Origin: a virus
IMG/VR virus record: IMGVR_UViG_3300013104_000038
Span: 1 to 42,516 of that record
Length of the DNA: 42,516 bases
Direction: 5' to 3' (one strand)
In this document: positions 1 through 7,744 of the stretch, one piece after another
Layout: every line of letters starts with the position of its first letter
Numbering within the stretch: the stretch's first letter is position 1
Notes under the pieces: generated by a model
Told to the model about the DNA's origin: nothing
Databases searched by the model: none
The model's input: only the letters and a program-made list of their open reading frames with translations
Program-made: the position numbers and the translations under genes

Positions 1-130
1 CTGGTGATGCGCCTGCCCTGGTGATGCGCCTGCCCTGGTGATGCGCCTGCCCTGGTGATGCGCCTGCCCTGGTGATGCGCCTGCCCTGGTGATGCGCCTG
101 CCCTGGTGATGCGCCTGCCCTGGTGATGCG
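1..130. repeat. 17-bp tandem array CTGGTGATGCGCCTGCC. Seven full copies plus an 11-nt partial copy. It runs off the left edge of the window.
   Basis: Read directly. Units start at 1, 18, 35, 52, 69, 86 and 103, with a partial copy at 120-130. nt 1-86 are identical to nt 42431-42516. Confidence 0.97.
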
Positions 131-385
131 GGGCGCGGCGTTGTGCTGCCTGCGGTTGCACCAAGATGGTGCAAAGCGGTGCACTGGATTGGTGCGTGAG
201 CCTGTGGGTGACTTATGGATCGAGCGGTGGATAAGCCTGTGGGTAACTTCGGGCCTGCCAGGCGTGCTGCGGGCTATGGGGAGGGCGGGTAGATTGTTCG
301 GGCGATCGGCGCCGGGGACCGCGTGGGCAACTAAACTTTCGCGTCCGCAAATGAAACTTTCGATGGCCCGAGGCTGATTTTGAGC
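131..385. promoter_or_regulatory. Repeat-rich non-coding segment. Function unknown; candidate packaging, origin or regulatory region.
   Basis: Inverted repeat TTGCACC-aagat-GGTGCAA at 156-174. Direct repeat AGCCTGTGGGT(G/A)ACTT at 199-214 and 234-249. Direct repeat AAACTTTCG at 333-341 and 354-362. The only ORF here (123..377) starts inside the tandem array and looks non-coding. Confidence 0.5.
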
Positions 386-409
386 AATAAAAAGCCGCCC
401 GAAGGCGGC
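386..409 (-). terminator. Rho-independent terminator for gene 430..810.
   Basis: On the minus strand: GCCGCC-TTCG-GGCGGC hairpin (394-409) followed by TTTTTATT (393-386), 20 nt after the stop codon. Confidence 0.8.
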
Positions 410-429
410 CTGACGCCGGATTGTTGCGT

Positions 430-810
430 CTACGCCTTGCGTATCCTCGAGTACGACCGCCTGGAAGATGCCGCCGCGCACAGAACGCAGCCCCCGGTGA
501 CCGTATAGCGCTCCGGCTCGCGGTGTCCTCGTTTGCAAGCCCGCAAGCTACGGTACTTCGTCGCCGACGTGCTGCGGGCGACCTCGCGTAGAGCACGATC
601 AGTTTCCATGAGGGCGCGCCGAGCTTGCCGGGCGCCTCCAGCAGCCGTCGGCTTGAGCCCGTTCCGCTTGCGCGACTCATCGTCCGAGCGTTCATAGGCG
701 CGCCGACGGCTGCACGCGACGCATTGGTAATTAGCGCGGTAGATGAGCTTATCTCCGCAAATCTTGCAGGGGAAGTCGGCTTCGAGCATCGCAGCGACGC
801 GTTTGACCAT
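430..810 (-). CDS. Zinc-ribbon protein of unknown function, possibly a regulator.
   Basis: 126-aa ORF with two Cys-pair motifs (CKICG..x12..CVAC and CKRGH..x13..CVLC). AAGGAA lies 6 nt upstream of the ATG. A terminator follows downstream. Confidence 0.7.
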   Translation of the reverse strand: MVKRVAAMLEADFPCKICGDKLIYRANYQCVACSRRRAYERSDDESRKRNGLKPTAAGGARQARRALMETDRALREVARSTSATKYRSLRACKRGHREPERYTVTGGCVLCAAASSRRSYSRIRKA

Positions 811-1202
811 TTTGGGTTCCTTTTCGTCTTTAGTTGTGTATGATTTTGTGTAGACTCTAAGCTAACGCCAGAGCCAATACAAGAGTCAAATACCCAAAAG
901 CCTGTAAATAAACGAAGAAAGCTGGGCGCGGCGGCGCGGGCCGTAGAATAAATAATAAAGATTACAGCGCGCAAAATCCGTCCAGTAATATTTATAGATG
1001 AAGCGGCGGCTACCTTTCTTCTATTATTTATGGTTTTTTAGGTAAAAGTAGAAGAAGTAGAGTAGTATCAAAGACTTAGAGTACCCAAAAGTCTACCCAT
1101 AATTTACCCAGAGTCACCCAAAGTCCTCAAGGCTACCGAACCGCCGAGTACAGTTAATGCCAGCTTGACAGCCCCGTAACGGAACGCTACCTTCGCGCCA
1201 CC
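811..1202. promoter_or_regulatory. AT-rich intergenic island carrying phased TACCCA repeats and divergent gene starts.
   Basis: Hand count over 841-1140 gives about 41% G+C, against visibly GC-rich flanks. ACCCA occurs at 1083, 1095, 1106 and 1116 (10-12 bp phasing). AGAGT..ACCCAAA(A)G-type motifs lie at about 882-900, 1077-1090 and 1111-1123 (the third copy reads ACCCAAAG). Confidence 0.6.
1165..1193 (+). promoter_or_regulatory. Sigma70-like promoter candidate at the head of the rightward lysis/structural operon.
   Basis: TTGACA (1165-1170), 17-nt spacer, TACCTT (1188-1193). The predicted transcript start is only a few nt before the ATG at 1203. Confidence 0.45.
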
Positions 1203-1436
1203 ATGTGGCCATTCCGAGGGCATCCCGTGAACGATTCAGCTACCCCCGAGGCAGCTCCGCCGCGCACGGACCTTGGTGCCCTGCCGGCCGAGCGTCGTTC
1301 GCTCCGCGTCGAGCCCCGTCCTTCGCCCGAAACCGAAGCGCATCTCACCGCGATCGAGGCGGAAGCGGCGAAGTGGCTGGGCGGCAGGCACTCACTCATC
1401 ACCCGGCACGTCGCCGCGCTGCGAAAGCTCGTCTGA
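1203..1436 (+). CDS. Hypothetical protein (77 aa), possibly translated leaderless.
   Basis: ORF with GC-rich third codon positions. Its TGA (1434-1436) overlaps the endolysin ATG (1436). No Shine-Dalgarno sequence. Confidence 0.4.
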   Translation: MWPFRGHPVNDSATPEAAPPRTDLGALPAERRSLRVEPRPSPETEAHLTAIEAEAAKWLGGRHSLITRHVAALRKLV

Positions 1437-1960
1437 TGGACGCCGAAAAGCTCGACGCCGCCACGGGCTGCGGCATGCTCCGCGCGCGGCTCTGGGCGGC
1501 GCCCTTGACCGCGGCGATGGCCGAGTACGACGTCGACACGAAGTTCCGCCAAGCCGCTTTCCTCGCCCAGGTGGCGCACGAGAGCGGCCGGTTCATGTAC
1601 GTCCGCGAGCTATGGGGGCCGACGGCGGCGCAGGCGGGCTACGAGGGCCGCGCCGATCTCGGCAATACCCTTCCCGGCGACGGCCCCCGGTTCCGCGGCC
1701 GCGGCCTGATCCAGGTCACCGGGCGGGCCAATTACGCGGCGTGCGGCAAGGCGCAGCGCCTGGATCTCCTCGCACACCCCGAGTTGCTGGAGGAGCCCGA
1801 GAACGCGGCGGACTCGGCGGGCTGGTTCTGGCAGTCGCACAACCTCAACGCGCTGGCCGATCAGCAGCTTTTCTCCGCGATCACGAAGCGGATCAATGGC
1901 GGCCTCAACGGGCTGGAGGAGCGCACCGCGCTCTATCATCGGGCGCTGGAAGCGCTGTGA
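1436..1960 (+). CDS. Endolysin, glycoside hydrolase family 19 (chitinase-like).
   Basis: FLAQVAHESGRF...GRGLIQVTGRANY...RINGGLNG are GH19 endolysin signatures. I chose the internal ATG of ORF 1205..1960 because it overlaps the upstream stop. Confidence 0.9.
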   Translation: MDAEKLDAATGCGMLRARLWAAPLTAAMAEYDVDTKFRQAAFLAQVAHESGRFMYVRELWGPTAAQAGYEGRADLGNTLPGDGPRFRGRGLIQVTGRANYAACGKAQRLDLLAHPELLEEPENAADSAGWFWQSHNLNALADQQLFSAITKRINGGLNGLEERTALYHRALEAL

Positions 1961-2322
1961 TGCAGACGCTCCCGCCGCCACCGGACCCGCATGAAGCGCT
2001 CTGGTGGTGGTCCGCCCTGCGCGGCGCGGCCTACGCCTTTTTCGCCTCGGTCGCCGGCTTCCTCGGCTATCTGCTGCGCACGCTCGACGCGCATCACCGC
2101 GTGTCGTGGGGGCGTGCCGTGCTGGAGTCGATCTCGGCCGGCATGGTGGGGCTGCTGGTGATGTGGATCTGCCAGGCGATGCACCTGACGCAAGAATGGA
2201 CGGCAGTATCGGTGGGCGTTTCGGGCTGGCTCGGCGCAAACGCCTCAATCCAGCTCTTGCAGCGCCTCGTGTGGAACAAGCTCGGCCTCACTCGGAGCCA
2301 AGTCAATGACGATCACCAGTAG
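1960..2322 (+). CDS. Holin with three predicted transmembrane segments.
   Basis: 120 aa with three hydrophobic stretches (AAYAFFASVAGFLGYLL, ISAGMVGLLVMWICQAM, VSVGVSGWLGANASIQLL) and a charged C-terminus. The ATG overlaps the endolysin stop (TGATG). Confidence 0.8.
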   Translation: MQTLPPPPDPHEALWWWSALRGAAYAFFASVAGFLGYLLRTLDAHHRVSWGRAVLESISAGMVGLLVMWICQAMHLTQEWTAVSVGVSGWLGANASIQLLQRLVWNKLGLTRSQVNDDHQ

Positions 2323-2812
2323 CGTAGGCGCTATCGCCAAGGGCCTCGGGGGCGGCCTTTGGGGCGCAGCGGGCACCTTTTTCGCGTGGGTCTTCAGCCA
2401 CGTCCGGCTCGTCATTGAGTACCTGATGATCGTGGCGCTGGTCGCGCTGGCTGGGCTCTACGTGGCGCAGCGTATCCATGCGCTGCAGCTCGATACCCAG
2501 GTGCAGAAGCTCCAGAATGATTCGGCGCTGGCCGACGGCACGATCAAAGTGCTGGCCAGTGCCAATGTCGAGCAGGACGCCGCGATCGCCAGCCTCAAGG
2601 AATTGCGCGCCAGGGATAGCCGGCAGATACAATCGCTGCAAAAGGACTTCAAGAAAACTGACGCTGCGAGCATGCAGGTCAAGGCCAAACTCGTCGAGCT
2701 GGAGAAAACCAATGTTCAGGCTAAGTCTCTGCTGGATACCGCTGTGCCTGACGTTGCTCGGTGCGTGCTCGACGGTACGCCCTGTCCCGCCGCCCGTAAC
2801 CACCAAAATTGA
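2306..2812 (+). CDS. Inner-membrane spanin (Rz-like).
   Basis: N-terminal transmembrane segment (LVIEYLMIVALVALAGLYV) followed by a coiled-coil-like region. GGAG lies 8 nt upstream. Position in the lysis cassette fits. Confidence 0.75.
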   Translation: MTITSSVGAIAKGLGGGLWGAAGTFFAWVFSHVRLVIEYLMIVALVALAGLYVAQRIHALQLDTQVQKLQNDSALADGTIKVLASANVEQDAAIASLKELRARDSRQIQSLQKDFKKTDAASMQVKAKLVELEKTNVQAKSLLDTAVPDVARCVLDGTPCPAARNHQN

Positions 2813-3011
2813 GAGGCCGACCCCGGGAGACGAGCTGCTGGTGCTTTGCGAGGCCCCGATCCACGTCAAGTCGACGACGGTAGGCGCCATCGTGACCAAT
2901 GCGCTTGAAGCCCAAGCCGCCTACGACCATTGCGCGGCACGGTTGTGCCGCTTGGTCGAATGGTTCAAGCCGGTACAGTGCGATGCCAAGCCGGCCGCCC
3001 GTACACCGTAG
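2712..3011 (+). CDS. Outer-membrane lipoprotein spanin (Rz1-like), overlapping the i-spanin gene in another frame.
   Basis: MFRLSLCWIPLCLTLLGAC carries a lipobox (LLGAC). The mature part is Pro-rich. GGAG lies 7 nt upstream of the ATG at 2712. Confidence 0.75.
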   Translation: MFRLSLCWIPLCLTLLGACSTVRPVPPPVTTKIERPTPGDELLVLCEAPIHVKSTTVGAIVTNALEAQAAYDHCAARLCRLVEWFKPVQCDAKPAARTP

Positions 3012-3336
3012 CGGCCTCGCGCGCACCGCGCCGGTCGCCGGCAAGCCGAAACCCCGGGTGCATGAGGCGCGCGGCTCGGCGCACGCGAGGGGCTACGGGC
3101 GCAAGTGGCAAGCGGCGCGGCTTGGGTACTTGCAGCGCCATCCGCTCTGCGTGCATTGCTTGGCCAAGGGGCATGTCGTCGCGGCGACTGACTTGGATCA
3201 TATCGAGCCGCATGGCGGTGACCCCGTGAAATTCTGGGACTTCGAAAATAACGTTCAAAGTTTATGCCATGCTTGTCACAGTGCCAAAACCGCGCGGGAA
3301 GACGGCGGCTGGGGCAATACTAGGAAGCAGCACTGA
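2983..3336 (+). CDS. HNH endonuclease, terminase-associated type.
   Basis: The motifs ARGYGRKW...CVHC...DLDHIEPH...NNVQSLCHACHSAKT are present. The gene lies directly upstream of, and overlaps, the small terminase gene. The start is uncertain; the ATG at 2983 gives 117 aa. Confidence 0.85.
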   Translation: MPSRPPVHRSGLARTAPVAGKPKPRVHEARGSAHARGYGRKWQAARLGYLQRHPLCVHCLAKGHVVAATDLDHIEPHGGDPVKFWDFENNVQSLCHACHSAKTAREDGGWGNTRKQH

Positions 3337-3752
3337 TGCCTGCGATCAAGAAAACCGCCGATATTCTTCAGCTCAATGGCAGCGCCGCGCACAATCGCGG
3401 GCGCTACGCTGACCGGGTGAACGGCGCGGTGACCGATGAGCGGCCCATCGGCGCCCCGCCGCGGCAGACCCTCATCACCTTTGAGGAGGCGTGGGCTGAG
3501 ATCATCGACATGTGCCCCGAGGGCGTGCTGCGGCACAGCGATCGGCTGTTCGTCGAGCAGGCGGCGCGGCTGCATATGATGCTGCGCAATGTGGCCGCGA
3601 TGGACGCGTTGGAATATCGCTCGATCCCGCGGCTGGAAGTGAAATACGTCAAGCAATTCGAGAGCCTGATGGCTCGCTTGGGCGCCAGCCCGGCCGACCG
3701 CGGCAAAGTGACCGCCCCGAAGCCCAAGGCGCCCACCGATGATTTTGATTGA
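3336..3752 (+). CDS. Terminase small subunit (P27-family-like).
   Basis: 138 aa. Position between HNH and the large terminase fits. The C-terminal LGASPADRGKV motif is typical of P27-type small terminases (from recollection). Confidence 0.75.
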   Translation: MPAIKKTADILQLNGSAAHNRGRYADRVNGAVTDERPIGAPPRQTLITFEEAWAEIIDMCPEGVLRHSDRLFVEQAARLHMMLRNVAAMDALEYRSIPRLEVKYVKQFESLMARLGASPADRGKVTAPKPKAPTDDFD

Positions 3753-3767
3753 CCCGACAGGGAGACG

Positions 3768-3947
3768 ATGATGGACGTCGAATACAAAACAGCCCGCGAG
3801 CGGGAACTGGAAGATTTGCTGGTTTCGGCGAGGGCAATCGCGCAGCGCAAAGGTGAAAACGTTAATTGGGAGCGGTTCGACGCGCGTATTGCTTCCTTCG
3901 GCATCGGGTCGGTAACAGCGAAAGTCTTCAAGAACGATCGCCCGTGA
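3768..3947 (+). CDS. Hypothetical protein (59 aa), below the ORF-track cutoff.
   Basis: GGGAGA lies upstream of the ATG at 3768. Translation: MMDVEYKTARERELEDLL... Its TGA overlaps a GTG at 3944 (GTGA). Confidence 0.5.
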   Translation: MMDVEYKTARERELEDLLVSARAIAQRKGENVNWERFDARIASFGIGSVTAKVFKNDRP

Positions 3948-5647
3948 TCCTGATTGACCCGTCGAAATATCCGCACTGCGCGTCGGCCCAAAGCTACGTC
4001 GCGGGCGTGCTCGACGGGTCGATCCTCGCGTGCGAATGGATTCGCCTCGCCTGCGAGCGCCACCAGCGCGATCTGGCGCGGGTCGAGAATGCCGATTGGC
4101 TCTATCGCTACGACTTCGACGCTGCCGAGCGCGCAACGCGATTCGCGACGCGCTTCCCGCACGTCAAGGGCAAATGGGCCGCCAAGCACGAGCTGTTCAA
4201 GCCGGAGCCCTGGCAGTGCTTTTGGTACTGCTCGATCTTCGGCTGGCTCAACAAGACGACGGGCAAGCGCCGCTTCCGCAAGGCGCGCGGGTACATCCCG
4301 CGCAAGAATGGCAAGTCGCTCATGGTCGCGCCGATCGGGCTTTATATGCTCACGGCGGACAATGAGCCCGGCGCCGAGGTCTTCAGCGGCGCCGCAAACG
4401 AAAAGCAGGCTTGGGAGGTCTTCGGCCCGGCGAAGCAGATGGCGATGCTCCGCCGCGACTTCCGCGAGCGGTTCGGCGTCCAGGCCAATGCCAAGAGCCT
4501 CACCATCCCTGGCAGCATGGCGAAGTTCGAGCCGGTCATCGGCAAACCCGGCGACGGCAGCAGCCCGCATTGCTCAATCACTGACGAGTACCACGAGCAC
4601 ATCACTGACGAGCAGCTGGCGACGATGGAGACGGGCATGGGCGCCCGCGAGCAGCCGCTCAGCATCGTGGTCAGTACCGCGGGCGACAACACTGCGGGCC
4701 CGTGTCGCGCTGACTGGCTGGAATGCCAAAAAGTGCTCCAAGGCACCACGAGCGACGAGACATTATTTGCGCTGATCTTCACGATTGATGCGAAGGATAT
4801 GGACTGGACGAGTGAAGCCGCGCTGCGCATGGCCAACCCGAACTTCGGCGTCAGCGTCTCGGCCGAGTTCCTGCTCGCGCAGCAGCAGGATGCGATCAAC
4901 AATCCGCGCAAGCAGGGCCACTTCAAGACCAAGCACCTGAACATCTGGGTCCAGGCGCGCGACGCGTTCATTGACCTGCTGAAATGGCGCGCATGCGCCG
5001 ATGAGTCGCTGCGGATACAGCAGTACCACGGCCGGCGCTGCTACCTCGGGCTGGATCTGGCCTCGAAGATCGACTTGTGCGCGCTGGAGCTGCTGTTCCC
5101 CGAGACCGACGGCACGTTCACCCGATTCGGCAAGTATTACCTGCCGCGCGCGACGGTCGACCTGCCGCAGAACGAGCATTACCGGGAATACGAGGCGCTG
5201 GGGCTGCTCACGGTGACCGAGGGAAACATTACCGACTACTCGCTCATCTTCGAGGACATTTGCGCGCTGGCCAAGGTCGTCGATCTGGCGGAGATTGCAT
5301 ACGACCCGCACAATGCTACCATGCTGGTCACTGCGCTGACCGATGAGGGGTTGCCAGTCGTAGAGTTCGGGCCTACCGTGCTGAATTTCTCCGAGCCGAT
5401 GAAGCAAATCGAGGCGCTGATTCTGAATCTGCAGTTCCACCACAACGGGGACAAGGTGATGGAATGGGCCATGTCGAATGTTGTCGCCAAGGCGGACAGG
5501 AAGGACAACGTGTACCCGAACAAAGAGACCAATGACAAGAAGATTGATCCCTTTGTCGCGCTGTGCATGGCGATGGGGCGGTACATGGCCAGCGGCGAAA
5601 AGCCGGATGACTGGTCGGGCTTTCTCGCCTCTCCGGTGACCGGGTGA
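3944..5647 (+). CDS. Terminase large subunit.
   Basis: Walker-A-like IPRKNGKS. Terminase_1-type layout. A C-terminal nuclease region follows. I propose a GTG start at 3944, coupled to the upstream stop. The ORF track begins at a TTG at 3866. Confidence 0.92.
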   Translation: MILIDPSKYPHCASAQSYVAGVLDGSILACEWIRLACERHQRDLARVENADWLYRYDFDAAERATRFATRFPHVKGKWAAKHELFKPEPWQCFWYCSIFGWLNKTTGKRRFRKARGYIPRKNGKSLMVAPIGLYMLTADNEPGAEVFSGAANEKQAWEVFGPAKQMAMLRRDFRERFGVQANAKSLTIPGSMAKFEPVIGKPGDGSSPHCSITDEYHEHITDEQLATMETGMGAREQPLSIVVSTAGDNTAGPCRADWLECQKVLQGTTSDETLFALIFTIDAKDMDWTSEAALRMANPNFGVSVSAEFLLAQQQDAINNPRKQGHFKTKHLNIWVQARDAFIDLLKWRACADESLRIQQYHGRRCYLGLDLASKIDLCALELLFPETDGTFTRFGKYYLPRATVDLPQNEHYREYEALGLLTVTEGNITDYSLIFEDICALAKVVDLAEIAYDPHNATMLVTALTDEGLPVVEFGPTVLNFSEPMKQIEALILNLQFHHNGDKVMEWAMSNVVAKADRKDNVYPNKETNDKKIDPFVALCMAMGRYMASGEKPDDWSGFLASPVTG

Positions 5648-5808
5648 ATCCGGCCGCCTTCGTGGGGCTGCTCCTGGTGCTCGGCGCCGGGCTGATCGTC
5701 TCCGGCGTCGGCCTGCTGCTCGGCGCGCCTTGGGCGCTCATCGCTGCCGGCAGCCAGCTGCTCGGCCTCGCCCTACTCTTGCGCGGAGGCCGCCCGCATG
5801 GCGCTTAA
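5644..5808 (+). CDS. Small two-transmembrane-segment protein (54 aa), below the ORF-track cutoff.
   Basis: The GTG at 5644 overlaps the terminase stop (GTGA). Translation: VNPAAFVGLLLVLGAGLIVSGVGLLLGAPWALIAAGSQLLGLALLLRGGRPHGA. Third codon positions are very GC-rich. The ORF ends 8 nt past the 3' end of the portal ATG. Confidence 0.4.
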   Translation: MNPAAFVGLLLVLGAGLIVSGVGLLLGAPWALIAAGSQLLGLALLLRGGRPHGA

Positions 5809-7069
5809 AGATCCCTTCGTCCATTTCTTCGACGGCATCCAGGGCGTCCTCGGCTACCTCGGAAGCGGCTGGTATCCCAGCGGCGCCCGGGACGGCATGG
5901 CGCCCTTTCGTTCCGTCGGCTCCGACTCCGGCGTGCAGGTCAGCTCCGGCGCCGCGCTACAAGTGGCAGCCGTCTACGCCTGCGTGCGGCTGATCTCCGA
6001 GACGGTCGCGACGCTGCCGCTGGAGCTGAAGCAGCCGGACGCCGCCGGGAAGCTGGTCAAGGCCACCAGCAGCCCCGTGTACCGCATGCTCCGGTACTCG
6101 CCGAACGCCTACATGACGGCGGTTGAGTTCTGGGAAATGATGGTCGCTTCGTTGTGCCTATGGGGCAATGCCTACGCGGTCAAGGTGCGCGTCGCCGGCC
6201 GCGTCGTGGCGCTCGATCCGCTACGCCCCGAGTTTGTGACGGTTTACCGGGAGATGGCAACGGGGCAAATCCGTTACGCCTATCTGCGGGGCAACCAGCG
6301 CCAGGAGTTCCCGGCGAGCGACATTCTGCATATCAAGGGCTTCGGCGTGGATGGCCTCGTGGGCCTCTCGCCGATCGCGATGGCCCGGCAGACCATCGGT
6401 CGCTCGATTGCAACCGACCAAGCCAGCGGCAAGGTCTTCGGCTCGGGGCTGTCGGCCGGCGGCTTCATCACCTATGAAAAGTCCTTCACGACGCCAGAGC
6501 TGCGGGAGGACGTGCGCAAGTCGATCGAGCAGTTCACGGGCAGCTCCAACGCCGGCAAGACGATGGTGCTGGAGAACGGCATGGGGTATACCCCCATCAC
6601 TATGAACCCGGTCGACGCCCAGATGCTCGAATCTCGGCTGTTCAATGCCGAGGAAGTGTGCCATTGGTTCGGCACGCCGCCACCGCTCGCGGGCTACATG
6701 TCGAAGGCCAGCTCATGGGCGTCCAGCCTCGAAACGCTGATCCTGCTCTGGATCAAGACGGGCCTGCGGGCCTACCTGACCCGCATCGAGCAATCGGTCT
6801 CGCGCGCGCTTGCGCTGCCGACGACGAGCGTGCTGGCCTTCGACCTCGACGAGCTGGAACGCGGCGACAGCGCGGCGCGGGCCGCGCTGTATTCGGGCGC
6901 GGCGCAGAACGGCTACATGACGCGCAACGAGATCCGCGCGAAGGAAGGCGACCCGGCGATCGAGGGCGCCGATGAACTGACCGTCCAGTCCAATCTGGTC
7001 CCCCTTTCAAAGCTGGGCGAACTCGGCGCCAAGCCGACCGCGCCGGCGCCCGGAGACGCGCTGCCATGA
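5798..7069 (+). CDS. Portal protein (HK97 family).
   Basis: 423 aa. Position and sequence character fit the Phage_portal family. Confidence 0.92.
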   Translation: MALKDPFVHFFDGIQGVLGYLGSGWYPSGARDGMAPFRSVGSDSGVQVSSGAALQVAAVYACVRLISETVATLPLELKQPDAAGKLVKATSSPVYRMLRYSPNAYMTAVEFWEMMVASLCLWGNAYAVKVRVAGRVVALDPLRPEFVTVYREMATGQIRYAYLRGNQRQEFPASDILHIKGFGVDGLVGLSPIAMARQTIGRSIATDQASGKVFGSGLSAGGFITYEKSFTTPELREDVRKSIEQFTGSSNAGKTMVLENGMGYTPITMNPVDAQMLESRLFNAEEVCHWFGTPPPLAGYMSKASSWASSLETLILLWIKTGLRAYLTRIEQSVSRALALPTTSVLAFDLDELERGDSAARAALYSGAAQNGYMTRNEIRAKEGDPAIEGADELTVQSNLVPLSKLGELGAKPTAPAPGDALP

Positions 7070-7734
7070 AGATGAAATTCCTCAATCAGGCCTTGGACCT
7101 GAAAGACGCCGAAGTCCAGGCCGACGGCACATTCTCCGGCTACGCCTCGATCTGGGGCGAGGTCGACAGCTACAACGAGGTCGTCGCCAAGGGCGCGTTC
7201 ACTGCATCGCTGAAGGATTACGCCAAGCGCGGTAAGATGCCGAACCTGCTCTGGCAGCACCGCTCGGACAAGCCCATCGGCGTGTGGCTGACGATGGTCG
7301 AGGACGCCAAGGGCCTGAAGGTCACCGGACGACTGGCGCTCGACACGGCGCAGGGCGCCGAAGCCTATGCGCTGCTCAAGCTGGGCGCCATCGACGGCCT
7401 CTCGATCGGGTACGTGGCCACGAAGTGGGAGGAAGATACCAAGACCGGCATCGTGACGCTGACCGAGATCAATCTCTGGGAAGTGTCGCTGGTCACTTTT
7501 CCCGCCGGCCCCGGCGCGCGGGTCGACGGGGTGAAAAATGCGTTGGAACATGGCAAGCTACCCACATTGAAGGATTTCGAGGCGTTCCTGCGAGATGAGG
7601 CAGGCTTCTCGAAAACTCAGGCCGCGGCCATCGCGGGCAAGGGCTTGAGCCACCTTCTACGTCAGCGTGAGGCTGACAGCCAGAACCGCGATCTGAAACT
7701 GGCCGACCTTCTGGCCGTCATCAACCCACGCTGA
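7066..7734 (+). CDS. Prohead maturation protease (HK97 / S78 family).
   Basis: The N-terminal region reads DGTFSGYASIWGEVDSYNEVVAKGAF...LWQHRSDKPIGVW. ATGA overlap with the portal gene. Confidence 0.9.
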   Translation: MKMKFLNQALDLKDAEVQADGTFSGYASIWGEVDSYNEVVAKGAFTASLKDYAKRGKMPNLLWQHRSDKPIGVWLTMVEDAKGLKVTGRLALDTAQGAEAYALLKLGAIDGLSIGYVATKWEEDTKTGIVTLTEINLWEVSLVTFPAGPGARVDGVKNALEHGKLPTLKDFEAFLRDEAGFSKTQAAAIAGKGLSHLLRQREADSQNRDLKLADLLAVINPR

Positions 7735-7744
7735 GGAAGCACTC

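Noticed and set aside
1-130. The 17-bp array as coding sequence. The minus strand is stop-free in all three frames and would read GRRITRAGASPGQAHHQ repeats.
   Set aside because: There is no start codon or ribosome-binding site in view. The array lies upstream of the early promoter, between a terminator and that promoter, and the plus strand has a TGA in each 51-nt cycle. A stop-free minus strand is a by-product of the unit sequence.
123-377. 84-aa plus-strand ORF in the left non-coding segment.
   Set aside because: It starts inside the 17-bp tandem array, has no ribosome-binding site, and spans the short-repeat region. It ends at 377, just upstream of the terminator (386-409), and its composition looks like GC-driven noise.
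213-974. 253-aa minus-strand ORF.
   Set aside because: It overlaps the better-supported zinc-ribbon gene 430..810 in another frame and extends through the AT-rich island. The Arg/Ser/Pro-rich translation is typical of off-frame reading in GC-rich DNA.
3746-3961. 11-nt direct repeat TGATTGACCCG flanking the small ORF between the small and large terminase genes.
   Set aside because: It is too short to distinguish from chance in a 42-kb genome. There are no other signs of a mobile insertion.
3404-4570. Long antisense ORFs opposite well-supported genes. Examples: 3404..4570, 16079..17206, 18443..19471, 9932..10930 and 41856..42392.
   Set aside because: Shadow ORFs are expected in high-GC DNA. 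Their translations are Arg/Ala/Pro-rich with no motifs, and the opposite strand carries genes with clear family signatures or ribosome-binding-site coupling.
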